A program made the translations under genes and the position numbers. The notes beneath the pieces were generated by a model. The model did no database searches, had not been told where the DNA came from, and saw nothing but the letters and a program-made list of their open reading frames with translations. A stretch of 63,763 bases of DNA, the filler included. It is 13 parts of 13 records of this genome, joined end to end, with 100 filler letters (N's around TTAATTAATTAA, not from the genome) between each part and the next. Parts side by side here need not be neighbours in the genome. Positions count along the whole stretch, not along the records: positions 8,482 to 12,831 come from SRR15195285_2487; positions 12,932 to 16,227 come from SRR15195285_2492; positions 16,328 to 21,718 come from SRR15195285_2495; positions 21,819 to 25,488 come from SRR15195285_2497; 9 more parts are not named here. One strand, written 5' to 3'. Of this stretch, positions 11,496 through 22,823 are shown one piece after another. Numbering within the stretch: the first letter of the stretch is position 1; the number at the start of each line of letters is the position of its first letter.

Positions 11496-12831
11496 TCACC
11501 ATTGCTCCCATTCACTTTTCTTCACGATGTGTAAGCTGCTTTGGGACAGGCTATAGTCTCTAGCATAGCCGTCTCTAGCGGCCTGATATTTCCACGCCTG
11601 ATACTCGTATTCATCGTAGTCGTAACGCAATTGTAGGTTACCGCCGCACATTTCATAGCCATACTCGGTTCCGAATCTGCCTGCTGGGCTAGACAGGTCC
11701 CAACCGCGATCGACTTTCCCCGCCCATTTGCGGTAAAACCCGTCGTAACCGCCGGTACCCAAGACACATATGACAGCATCTGGCGGAATATCAATGCTAG
11801 CTGGAGCTTGAAACTTAGTGCGGAACTGAGCAACTAATGCTTCACGCCTAGCAACTAACGCTACATGCCTAGCACGCAAGCTGGCGTCTTCCGCGGCTTC
11901 ACGCGCAGCACGGGCGGCTTCTTGCAGCGCTTTCTTTTTAGTAGCCGTTTCCGACGAGTACGGTAGTCCCGTAGCCTTTCGCTGGTAGAACGCAGCAAAT
12001 GTCTCGTCCGGGTGCTTGGCCATGATCTGGGCCCACATCTGCTGTAGCCAGGTCGGCCTCTTGCCTCTACGACCGCGGCCTCCTGCCTCTACGACCGCGG
12101 GTCGAGATTTCACGGAACGACGCGCCGTCTCCTCGACTACCGAACGCATCACGCAGTCGCGGCCCCACGTCGTGGGGCAACCGAAGCAGCGCGAGGTGCA
12201 GGCTAACCTCCCAAGATCTTTCGGCAGGAGAAAGGAACAGATGCGAACGAGCACCTCATTCGACAGCTCCTGCCATTTGTGCACGTGCTCGAAGGTCGCT
12301 GCCGTTTGGGGCAGCGCTTCCGGCTCGGGCTGCGCGGCAGCAGCAACCGCCACTGTTGCATCCATGCACACCAGCTGCCTCCCAGATCCTCTCTCCTTCT
12401 CGGCCTGCCCAAGGTTGTCGAAGCCCTCGTGTCCCGCGGTGCCCTCTCCCCTCAGCGCCGCGTCCGCAGGCACCCTCGGAGTCAATGCATGGTGGCCCCT
12501 TTCTTCGGCGATCTGCCTCGCCGTCTTATGGTTCTCATCGGTCAGCGTCGGATCCGCTCCGCCAGCCAGGAGCGCGTCGCGGAACTCGTCCAAGCCGCTG
12601 TGTCCCGCGTGCATCAGCGGCGTCGTGCCTGCTGGGATACCGTAGGCTTCGCGCGTTGTGCGCAGATTCGCGTCCGCGCCCTTCCCCAGCAGATACCGCG
12701 CTACCGACAGGCAACGCTCCGCACGCTCCGGATCCTTTCCTACTCCGTGCACAGCCCCGAACAGCCCGCCCCAACCATCCTCGTCAACGAGGTTGAGATC
12801 GCCACCGCCGTCCCCGTGCGCCTGCACCCTC
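11496..12831 (-). CDS. Ankyrin-repeat protein with internal F-box, 5'-truncated
   Basis: Ankyrin motifs (LLGKGADANL, GTTPLMHA, GADPTLTDENHKTA) followed by F-box-like WQELSNEVLVRICSFLLPKDLGRLACTSRCF. Confidence 0.8.
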
Positions 12832-13241
12832 NNNNNNNNNNNNNNNNNNNNNNNNNNNNNNNNNNNNNNNNNNNNTTAATTAATTAANNNNNNNNNNNNN
12901 NNNNNNNNNNNNNNNNNNNNNNNNNNNNNNNGAAAATCGGCGCTTTTGCCTGGTTTCTATGTCTTGGGAAACAACAACTCTCTCTTACTGATTGACTCCA
13001 AGATGCGCGCCGTTGGCGCGCGGCGGCCCGGCCGCCGGCCCGGCGGAGGCGGGTACGCGAAGTGCCAGTGCGTGGCAGTGCAACGTAATCCCTGCTGCAC
13101 AAGACAGCGCGACAGTGGTTGAAAGCTGGGCGCCCTCAAGTGCCGGCAGCCAGCCACGTCTCCGACGGACGCGAGCCAGTGCAGTATAGTCGATTCTCCA
13201 AGTCCGTGCCTGGCAGGTCGGACGCGTGCTGGCTTCCAAAT

Positions 13242-16152
13242 ATGCGCGTGGTTTTCTTCGCTGGGCTCATCCTGTTCCTGCTCGCCAGCGCCAGCGCCAG
13301 TGGTCGCCGCATTTTGGTCGAGTACGATGACAGCCTGCGTCCTGCAGCGTACGGGGCTGAGAAGCTGCGCGCGGCGCTGCTCCGCGCGGGGGCTGATGTT
13401 CAGGTGAGCACCATGAGTCCAATCACCTCAGGACCTGCCACGGGAGAGGTTGTAGTTGCGCTTCAGCGAGAGGAACCTGGCGAGCTGGAGACAGGCACGG
13501 TGGTTGAGGGAGCGTTCACCATCGAACGTACACGAGACAACATGAACAGCACTCTGACTTCCAGGGTACGGGTCGCGGCTGGTGACGGGGCAGGGGCTAT
13601 GTATGCTTGCTTGGAGCTGGCAGAGCGACTGGATATGCATATGCTGCACCTGGGGGATGCGACCGCGGCTGTGCTGGTATGGGAAGACTTTGTCGACTCG
13701 CTGCCGCTACCGCTGACCATTGCGCCACGGTTCGATTACCGAGCGTTGAAATTCAATCTTCCGTGGTCCGCGTATCGCCCGGGAAACGCGACTGTTGAAA
13801 ATTACAACCTCTGCCGCAACTTGACCTTTTGGGCGTCGTTTCTCGACATGATGGCCGAAAACCGTTACAATGTGATCACACTCTGGGCTCTCCACCCCTG
13901 GCCGTGCGTCGACTTGAAACAATCGTGTGCTCGACTAACTTGCCAATGGCATCCTAGTGTCGCGAGATATGGTGTTCAGCGAGGACGAGTCAGCCCAAGA
14001 TGCTTGCACACGTATCACGTTCGGCTGTTGTCTGCAGCTGTTTACTCTGCCGTGGTTGCTTGACCTGCAGATATATGGTGACACCCACAAACTTTCCACA
14101 AGCCGCGTCGTTTGGAGATACATTTCACTGGGGTGGACCTGCCGACGGGACGGATACAGAAGCTGACTGGAAGGGATTCTGGAAGGGGTTGTTCAAAATG
14201 GCCAAGGACCGCGCAATTGACCCTTACATCGTGGACTGGTGCATTCAACCGCAATTTCCGTTGCCTTTTTTCCGTGGTGAGATTTTGAACGACACCCTGT
14301 GCTGTGATAGGAATGTCTTCCTGTCCGAAGGCTTCAAGAAAGCGTACGACAGCAACGCGATCACAGATCACGATGGCAGTGGCGGCGACGGAACCGTCAC
14401 CCCAACCGCCGACCGCTACCAGCGTGAGGTCATTACACAAGTCATCAACGAGTACGAGGATCTAGCTGGGGTCGGAATCACCCTTGGAGAGCGCATGCAA
14501 AATCTCGGCGAGAGCACTGCCAACCTGACTGCGCAGCTGAACTGGATTGATGAGGTTGGTGCTACGCTCTGAACCGTGGTAGTACACATGCGCGTGTAAG
14601 ATTCCAAACTCACTCTATCTACTTGGTCCTGAACAGGTAGTGCTTGAGGCTCTCAAGGCGGCTAATAGGCCAGTCAATCTCATATATCGCGCGGCACTGG
14701 ATAACAAAGCGCCCACGATGGTTCGAGACAGCATCTCTGCCTTTGTTGCGTCGATCAAGGCGCGCGGTGGCTTAATCAAGGTGTGGGTTCAACTGAAGTT
14801 CAATTGGAGTCATGGGCACTCAACTCCTATCCTAGTGCACGCGCACGGTGGGGGGACGGGAGACGGCTACTGGCTCCCACAGCCTTGCCCCGCTTACAAG
14901 ATGGCCTGGATGATTAGAAACGAAGATTTTTTCGCCTTGAGATGGTCCGAACTTCGCGTTTTGCGTTGTTTCAGCTGGCAAAATACTAACAGGACTGATC
15001 AACCTGTTGGTGCCACTCACAGGGGTGGATCACCATTTATCCGCGCACATATCGCACAGAACGGCGGGAGTTTCGTTGGTGGGTACATTACTGGCTCAGA
15101 GGAGCACATTCCGGCCTATGACTACTCCACAACGCCCGGATCGAGCAGTAAGACATGGGAATATGACTTCGAACGGCAGTGGCTGTACTACATGCAGTGG
15201 GGCAGGCTTTTGTTCGATCCGGATACCCCTGACAGCACCTTTGCCGCTGCTTACACCAAAAAAGTTGGGCTTGACTCGCTGAAAGAGGGCACGACAATGC
15301 TGACTGCAATGCATGCCGCCGGGATCATGCCCCTGCGTCTAGCCTCGTTCGTGTACAATACGTTTGACTTCGCGTTGTACAGTGAGGGTTTCACCCAGGC
15401 CAAAACGAACAAGGATCACTCAAAAGATAACCCCAAGGGTTTCATCTCAATTGAAACTTTAATCCTCACGAAGACGCTCGATCCGACGCTGCAGTCCATT
15501 GCAGACTTTGTAACGTACCTGCTCCTCTGGTTCACATTTCCTCCGTTTGTTCTGCTCCCGGAACAACGTATGTTGCACTAATTGATACAATGACGGAGCA
15601 GAAACGGCGCAACGAACGCCTCAATGACATCGCCATTGGAACTCGCTGTGGAGCTGATCAACGCGTCTGCAACGTCTCTGAAGCTGCTCGCGGAGGTCAG
15701 CGATGGACCGGTGGCTTTGATCACCGAGAAGGCAGACATCGCAACGTGGGCACACCTCGCTCGGTATTTCGGTCTCAAGATAGAAGCAGCTGTTGCGTTG
15801 CAGCGGTTTCGCACAACGACTCCGCCAAATTCAAGATTCAAGGATCTGGCTGTCAACAAACTTATTGAATGCCAGGAAGAATGGAGACAAATTGTTGGTA
15901 CGCCTTACGGGCGGCGTAGTGTTGAGAAACTAGCTTCGCTTTGGCCATCACGTTGGATCGATGTGGTCACAAACTTTTAGTGTTAGTTGCGCGCTCATGC
16001 GCTGCGTCAGCCTGACATTACGGCAGTAGTCGCTCTGAATTGGTTCTACGCTTGCTGATCCTGCTCTCTTGTGATGGCTCTCGTGATTATCTGCAGAACT
16101 AACTTCCTCACATCTTGGATGGCCTTCATTGGACGGCAAGTTCTTCCTGCTG
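13242..16152 (+). CDS. Secreted bacterial-type glycoside hydrolase-like protein (GH20/GH67/GH115-like N-terminal domain plus TIM barrel), multi-exon, 3'-truncated
   Basis: Signal peptide MRVVFFAGLILFLLASASA; motifs AAGDGAGAMYACLELAE, PRFDYRALKFNLPW, FLDMMAENRYN. GT-AG introns at 13904-14070, 14239-14310, 14555-14636, 14945-15022 and 15515-15601, plus one more near 15899-16096, restore a continuous frame. Confidence 0.7.
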
Positions 16153-16182
16153 GTAAAAGTTCCGCCAGCGAACCTTCCTCTT

Positions 16183-16227
<45 letters not shown>

Positions 16228-16327
16228 NNNNNNNNNNNNNNNNNNNNNNNNNNNNNNNNNNNNNNNNNNNNTTAATTAATTAANNNNNNNNNNNNNNNNN
16301 NNNNNNNNNNNNNNNNNNNNNNNNNNN

Positions 16328-16899
16328 CCGCCGCGAGACAGATCGCAGTTAGTGCACGTGTGCCGGAAAGACGATATCGCTGTTTCGCAGCACTGACACA
16401 TCAGTCGCCTAGTGCCACTGAAACGGTCGCGGCTCATCATGACGCCGCGCCACCAGAAATCGCGCGTCAGCGCGTCCCACCGCGAGTTGAGCACCATCTC
16501 CATCGCGTCGGCAACGTCGGACTCGGCCAGGGCCAGAGCCTGTGCAGTCTCCACCATCGGACCGACCGCGCCGTGATGTGTGCCTTGGAGCGCATCCCGT
16601 CCATTCCGCACCGTGTAGCGTCGGATATGGTCGGTCACCATGAAACTGCACCCGCCGTGGCCCAGGATACGCAGGTGTTGGCCGCGGCTGCCGTCACTCG
16701 CTGGCTCGCCAGTAGCAGAGTCGACAACATCGACACACCGCAGTCGCGACACCTCATTGTTGGCCAGGTTCGTGCTGGGATAGTAGCCAGCACCGCGTCG
16801 CATCCAGCGATCGAATTCAGGAATCACGCCCAGTTTTTGAGTGCTCGCGCGCGTGCCGGGGCGCGCGGGCGATCCATATACTCCCTCCCTGCTCCACAT
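16328..16899 (-). CDS. Hypothetical protein with start of a ZZ-like zinc finger, 3'-truncated
   Basis: Open frame ending in CQCCETAISSFRHTCTNCD at the contig edge; start codon uncertain. Confidence 0.45.
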
Positions 16900-16911
16900 A
16901 CGTAGTACACG

Positions 16912-18821
16912 ATGGGCTGTTGGAGGTGGGTGATCTGCGCCACCCTATTATTGGGAGGAGGCGCTAAGCATGGTGCGGCGATGGACAATGGCCTGGCCCG
17001 TACACCACGTGCGTGCAAGCCACAATACGCTGCTCTGGCGGCCTCCCTCGCTATGCACTGTCAACCACCCACCACTATCGATGCCACCGCGCGTCGCACC
17101 TCATCCGCAATAAGACAGCTCGTGCTGCAGACAGCTGAATATGCAGGCAACTGCGCGACCGCGCCTGCTGCTGCTGCCTGCAGCGATGGGTTGGTCGTCC
17201 TGGAACGCATTTGGAGGTGCTCAGTCGCAGCTGAAGATGACGACAATCGCCGACGCCATCATCAAGACGGGCTTGCGCGATCTTGGGTACGTCAACTTAG
17301 CTGTCGACGGCGGCTGGACGTCCTTCCAGCACGGTGGCGCTCCAGCGAAGGGCAGCGTCGGTCCACACGGCTGGAACTTCAAGAACCTGTCGGATTACTA
17401 CCATGCGAACGGCCTGAAACTCGGCATGTATGTTACCGGTGGGTTTGAGGCAGTATACCAGCACGAGGCGGAATGGGCGAACATGATGTTCAGCGAGTGG
17501 GGCGCTGATGGCATCAAGGTGGATCACATGTGCCAGGGCGCTAGCTGTGGCACGGGCACGCAAGGACACATGATCGCTGTCGAGTTTCAGCGGGCAACAC
17601 TTGAGCGCTGGGTGAGTGCAATCGCTGCGTTGAACAAGACGGACTCGGTACTCTTCCAGGTACGGTCGAGGCCACTATCTTGAGCATTGATGCCATCCAC
17701 GTTCTGAACCTGTCGCCAACGCCGCAGAATTGTGGCATCGGCTGCTCGCCATCAGTCGGACTGGGACAGAATGGTGAGAATGGCCAACCGCTGCCTCCGC
17801 CAAGGCCACCACCCGTCCTGCGCTGCTTCGTCGATCCCGGCGAGGCTGGAGGTGATGGGGAAGGTCGTTGCGGAAGCGTGATGGGTTGCTCGCTTGCGCG
17901 TGATTGATGATTTATGTTCAGGTGGTAAGAATGGTCAACCGTGGGCTGATTGGTGCTCTAAGACAGCCAATATGTGGCGTACTGGAGGAGATATCAATGC
18001 GATGTGGGGCACAATCGTCTCCAGGATAGATAATCTCGCTGGCCGCGGGCAAATGGCTGGTCCTGGCGGCTGGAACTATCCGGTGCGCGCCGACCCCGAC
18101 AGCAAAATAATGTTATAGCAGTTTCGCTGACTGGGTCGGCGAAATTTCTTGTGAGCAGGATAGCCTTGAGGTCGGCAACGGTAGACACGGTCGACACTTG
18201 ACGCCATCGGAGACCCGTGCGCACTTCTCGCTCTACTGCATAACATCGTCGCCACTGATACTCGGCAACGACGTGAGAAACATGAGCGCGGATGATCTTG
18301 CTGTGGTCTCAAATACACTCGCAATCGGAGTGAATCAAGCATGGGCAGGATTTGCTGGTGACATGCTCAATTACTCGCAGTATCCCCCCGCCAACGCAAC
18401 GAAGGCCAACGTCACCCAGGTGCCACAGCTCTCTGTGTACGTACTCCAGGAGACGACCTACGCTCTTACGTTTTCGTGATGTGCCTTGATCGGCCAACGC
18501 CGGATGCATCGAACTTGCTCAAATTTTGTTCAACTACCCCTGATCACAGCTTGCATGCTGTCGTACAGATGGTGGAAGCCGTTGCCTAACAGTTCTGCTG
18601 CGGTGGTACTATTCAACAAAGGTGGCGGCTCTGCGAAAATTTCGTTTGGCTTCGGAGAGCTAGAATGGCAGGGTAAAGCTGCCTTAGCTTCGGCACACGA
18701 TTGCCACGTGCGTAGCGTCTGGGATGATGGCAAAGAGGTGGGTGTTTTCAGTGATACCTTTTCAGCTGACGTCAACGGTAGTGCCGTGTTTTTTGCTACC
18801 ATATCTGATTGCGCCACGTGA
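16912..18821 (+). CDS. Alpha-galactosidase / alpha-N-acetylgalactosaminidase, GH27, multi-exon
   Basis: Signal peptide then DNGLARTP|PMGWSSWN, VDGGW, GLKLGMY, WGADGIKVD, ANMWRTGGDI, AGPGGWNYP, RAHFSLYCITSSPLILGNDVR and a C-terminal beta domain. Confidence 0.92.
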
Positions 18822-19014
18822 GGCGGTCGAATTCAACTTGCCTTCGCCGGGTATTTCTCTTGAGTTATTGCAAACATCGAGGCTCCTCTCTGTAGCTCAG
18901 CAAGCTGAATACAGCAAATCTGAATGACTCTGATTGTATGTACGAAGCGCTCCACGACTGCAACACTAGCTTGAGTCACACAGCTTCTCCTCGTCGCGAA
19001 CTAGCACAGGGTCA

Positions 19015-21352
19015 CTAGACCAACAAGCTCCCTGCGGTAGCCTTTCCTAGCACGCACGCTCCGAACACCAAGGCACCGAAGTATTGATTTGAGATAAACT
19101 TGCTCATACAATCTTGACCGTTTGCGAAGTCAACCGTGCTCAGCTCTAGTAGAGCGACAACAGACAGAACGGCAAGCAGCGGTTAACAAATGCTCGTGTA
19201 GCAGTGCAGCGCTTGCATCCATCCATTGTCAACGAAGAGGCATTGCTCAGGTCGCTTTGAGTGTATACGCACGCCATGCAAGATGGCCTGCTCCGAGAGC
19301 AATCATTGGGTAGTATATATCTCCAACCCCAGCAGCATTTCCAGCAGCAAGAAGTCCACCAATAGTCACAGACGAAAATCCGCCCAAGACAAGTTTAGCC
19401 TTGGTACCATCACCAAGGGTAAGAGCTGTGCTGCCAAGTCCAAGCAACGCGTCATCCTGGCACACGACGCAGGGCAACCAGGTCATGTAATGCGATGTGG
19501 ACGGTGCAAGAGACTAGACACAAGATAGCGTGATGCGTGCTTGCTGGAACAACGTAGGGCAGTGCGGTTTGTGGAACTGGGTTGACCGTATTCAGAAACC
19601 AGGAAATCAGTTTCACCACCCCTCCGCTGCCTTACGTGAGGAAGACGGACTAATTTCTCGCAGGTCCGAACGCTCGCAATATGACAATTTTGGGTTGAGC
19701 TTACGTTCTTGTCTTGGTGTGCATAAATGGTATCGTACACTAGCGTCCACGCAACGCCTCCGGCGTACAGCGGCAATACCACGGCGTATCCGTTTTCTAT
19801 CTGGTTATGAACCTGCACGCAGGGATGATTGAGAAACAGACACAGAAGTGGAAGTGAGACGAATGCCTTAGCTGGGCAGATCCCGCTGCGCCCACAGATG
19901 TGACAAGAGGCAAATGAGGGCCGCACTGCAACCCATCCAAGCAATGCCCCCCAGTCTGTGTTGAGCGACACCATTGGCACAGTGGTTGAGCGTAAGCAGG
20001 ACACAACAAGCTGCGGTGGTATTCAGCACCAAGACGTTGAATGGACGCACTAAAAGTAAGCCCCAGAACTAGCTGCGGCCAGCCTGTGATTCGCTTCATC
20101 GCGGGGTCTGAAGACACCATTGTAGCACACCGAATCAAGAACTCGAATGCGATTGCCGCAATAGGATATACGATAAACACGGAGGTTCTAGCAATATTGT
20201 GCATCTTTACATACATATGCCCACCAAGCCGAGAGATGCGGCGCCAAGTACAACCGCCCCTGGCTCGAGTGAGAACAATACGCCTGCCGACTGCACAATC
20301 AGGGCAACACAAAACAGCATCTATCGGTACTTTGAGCTCGGATCTATGCTAATCGGAACACAGCCATGGTCGGTTGCAACAACTAGGCAATCGAAGATCA
20401 CTCACCAACCCGAGCTGCGCCGCCAACCACCCTACCGCCTGCGTCGGCGAAACAGCTCCGCGCGCCAGCGGCCTACGAAAGCCACACGCACGGTGCATAG
20501 ACCATAGAATGTTATCGTTGAGCATATACACAGGCAGGTACGACACCTACAGCGTTCGACTCGAGACGATACGACAATTCAGTGGCGGTCCAATTGCTCG
20601 CTCGGAGTGGGATTCAGTACCTTGACTTAGTGCGGGCCACCTTTTTGTCGATATCTCGATCCCAAAGATCGTTAACGGTGCAGCCAGCGCCTCGCATCAG
20701 CAGTGCTCCTGCGATGTTTCATACGGTACACCACAGCAAGCCACATCACGATGTGTTGCAGCTCCTCAGCCAGCAGCAGGAGAAGTCTACTGTGGGTTCT
20801 CGCCACAAACCTAACGCGCCCAATTTCTTACCTACGCCGAAGGCTCCAAGCAGATATGAGTCCGGCAGCGTGCCTGGATCTGCGGCAAGGCAGATGCTCC
20901 ATGCTCCTGGCCAGTACAGCAACATCGAGCCTGTGGCAAGCTGGCAGTGTGAGCGTGACTCGCCGGCACACGACAGCGCAGCCTCACACGCAGGGTGCTA
21001 GCGAGGGCGCACCAATGGGCTTCTCCATGCGCGCAAGCTCCAGATACGGTGCGACTCGGGGGAACCGATGCAGCAAGCCGTAGGGGCCAGGAGGACCCAC
21101 GATCGGCTCTGACTCCTGCTCGCTTCCGTGCGTGGGTGTGGCAGCCGGAGTGGCAGACGAGACTGGCGCCGTATAGAGCAGTCGGGTCCGCAGCATGAGA
21201 CAGCCAGGCCTCCTGCAGAAGCCTGCTCGGCCAGCACCGGCATCTCCCGAGGGAAAAGGCTGCGGTGGTGGGCTCTGACTCGGAGAGCTGGCATGGCTGC
21301 ATGATAATACTGGTCGACCGCAGTTGAGCCGCCGCAGCGTCCTGGGCATCAT
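19015..21352 (-). CDS. COQ2: 4-hydroxybenzoate polyprenyltransferase (UbiA family), about 10 exons
   Basis: Spliced motifs [86 protein letters not shown]; Arg-rich N-terminus suggests mitochondrial targeting. Confidence 0.93.
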
Positions 21353-22823
21353 ATCAGCCAGAGTCTAAAATAGCACGCCACGTACTGGGCGGTATACAAC
21401 TATTGCTATGGCAGCAGGAAGGTCCGGCTAGGCTCCAATGTGTCAAAACGCCATCGGGCGGCAGCGCTTCAAGTCCACGCTGCTGCTGGCACCATCGCCG
21501 ATATACGCGCCGTTCGTCCCTGTATCGTATATCGCGCCGGCGCCGAGCATCATGCAAGGATGCAACCGGCGCGGCGAGCGACGACCGCGCGCGCGCCGGG
21601 CCAGCTGTCATGCATGCAACTTGGGACATTTGAAGACAATTTTGGTTTTCGGCCCCCGCGGTCAGCGAAAGGTAGATAAATCACATAAACTAAACAAGTC
21701 GTCAACTCGTTCACACTCNNNNNNNNNNNNNNNNNNNNNNNNNNNNNNNNNNNNNNNNNNNNTTAATTAATTAANNNNNNNNNNNNNNNNNNNNNNNNNN
21801 NNNNNNNNNNNNNNNNNNGATCAGAGGGGTGCACGGTATTGATCAGTGATTTTCATTTACGCATGTAGGGACCTACTACGTACTAGATCTAGCATTGATT
21901 ATCCTCCTGGTCAGGACCAGGCCGTGAGATTCAGATTACTTCCTAGCGTGTTGGAGGAACACGCCGTCACAGGCTGGGTTGGAATCGTGTGGAACCTGGA
22001 GCACGTAAAACGCACTGATCACCTCGAACCGCTGGTTTTTCTCGCGGATTACTCAGTACTCCAGTACCGGTAAATTAGCATTGTTTTGACTCGGTCTGTG
22101 GTGTGGACGCTGAGCCAGCCTGTGAATGAATATATCAATGGAATCATGTGATACGCCGTCGCCGTTTCGGCAGGGGCGCCGCCCATACTATTGACTGGGG
22201 GAGGTGGTCGCCCCATTCCTACACACACAGACACTTGTAAACACTTGTAGACACTTGACTGGGCTGGCTGGGCTGGCTGGGCCTCAGGAGGCGGTAGAAG
22301 AGGGGGAAGAGGGAGGGTGGTAGAGGGGAGCGGGTCGGTGTGGTGGAAAGCGAAGGGCGTGCGCTGTGTGGTGGCACTGTACGCTGTGTGTGGCACTGTG
22401 CAGGCGATACGTACGAGTCGACGTAGCAATAGCGGCCTGGGGTCGCTGGGGAGGCTGGGGTTTGAGGCCCTCACCCCGGTGCTGCTGCTGGCTGCTGGGG
22501 CAGGGCTCGAGGGCTGGTGGGTTCGACGGTTTGGCTGCGGCTGCGATTATTGCAAGACAGTGGTTGGTGCCGCAACGGCGATCGACCGGCTGCGGTGCGG
22601 TGCGGCGGGTGGCTCTCGGGCGGGAGGAAGAGACGGCAGGCGGTGTTCGCATGGCGTGAGGGAGCGGGCTGGTGGTTTTGGGGCCTTGGTGGTGACCTCA
22701 AGGGCTCGCAGCGGTTGCAAGGAGCGCGTGGAAAGTGAGCACGGGTATTTTGGGCCCAGCTGGTCGCGCGCTATTTCCCACACACCAGTACGATCTTCAC
22801 GGGACTGACGTAGGCGGGGGGGC

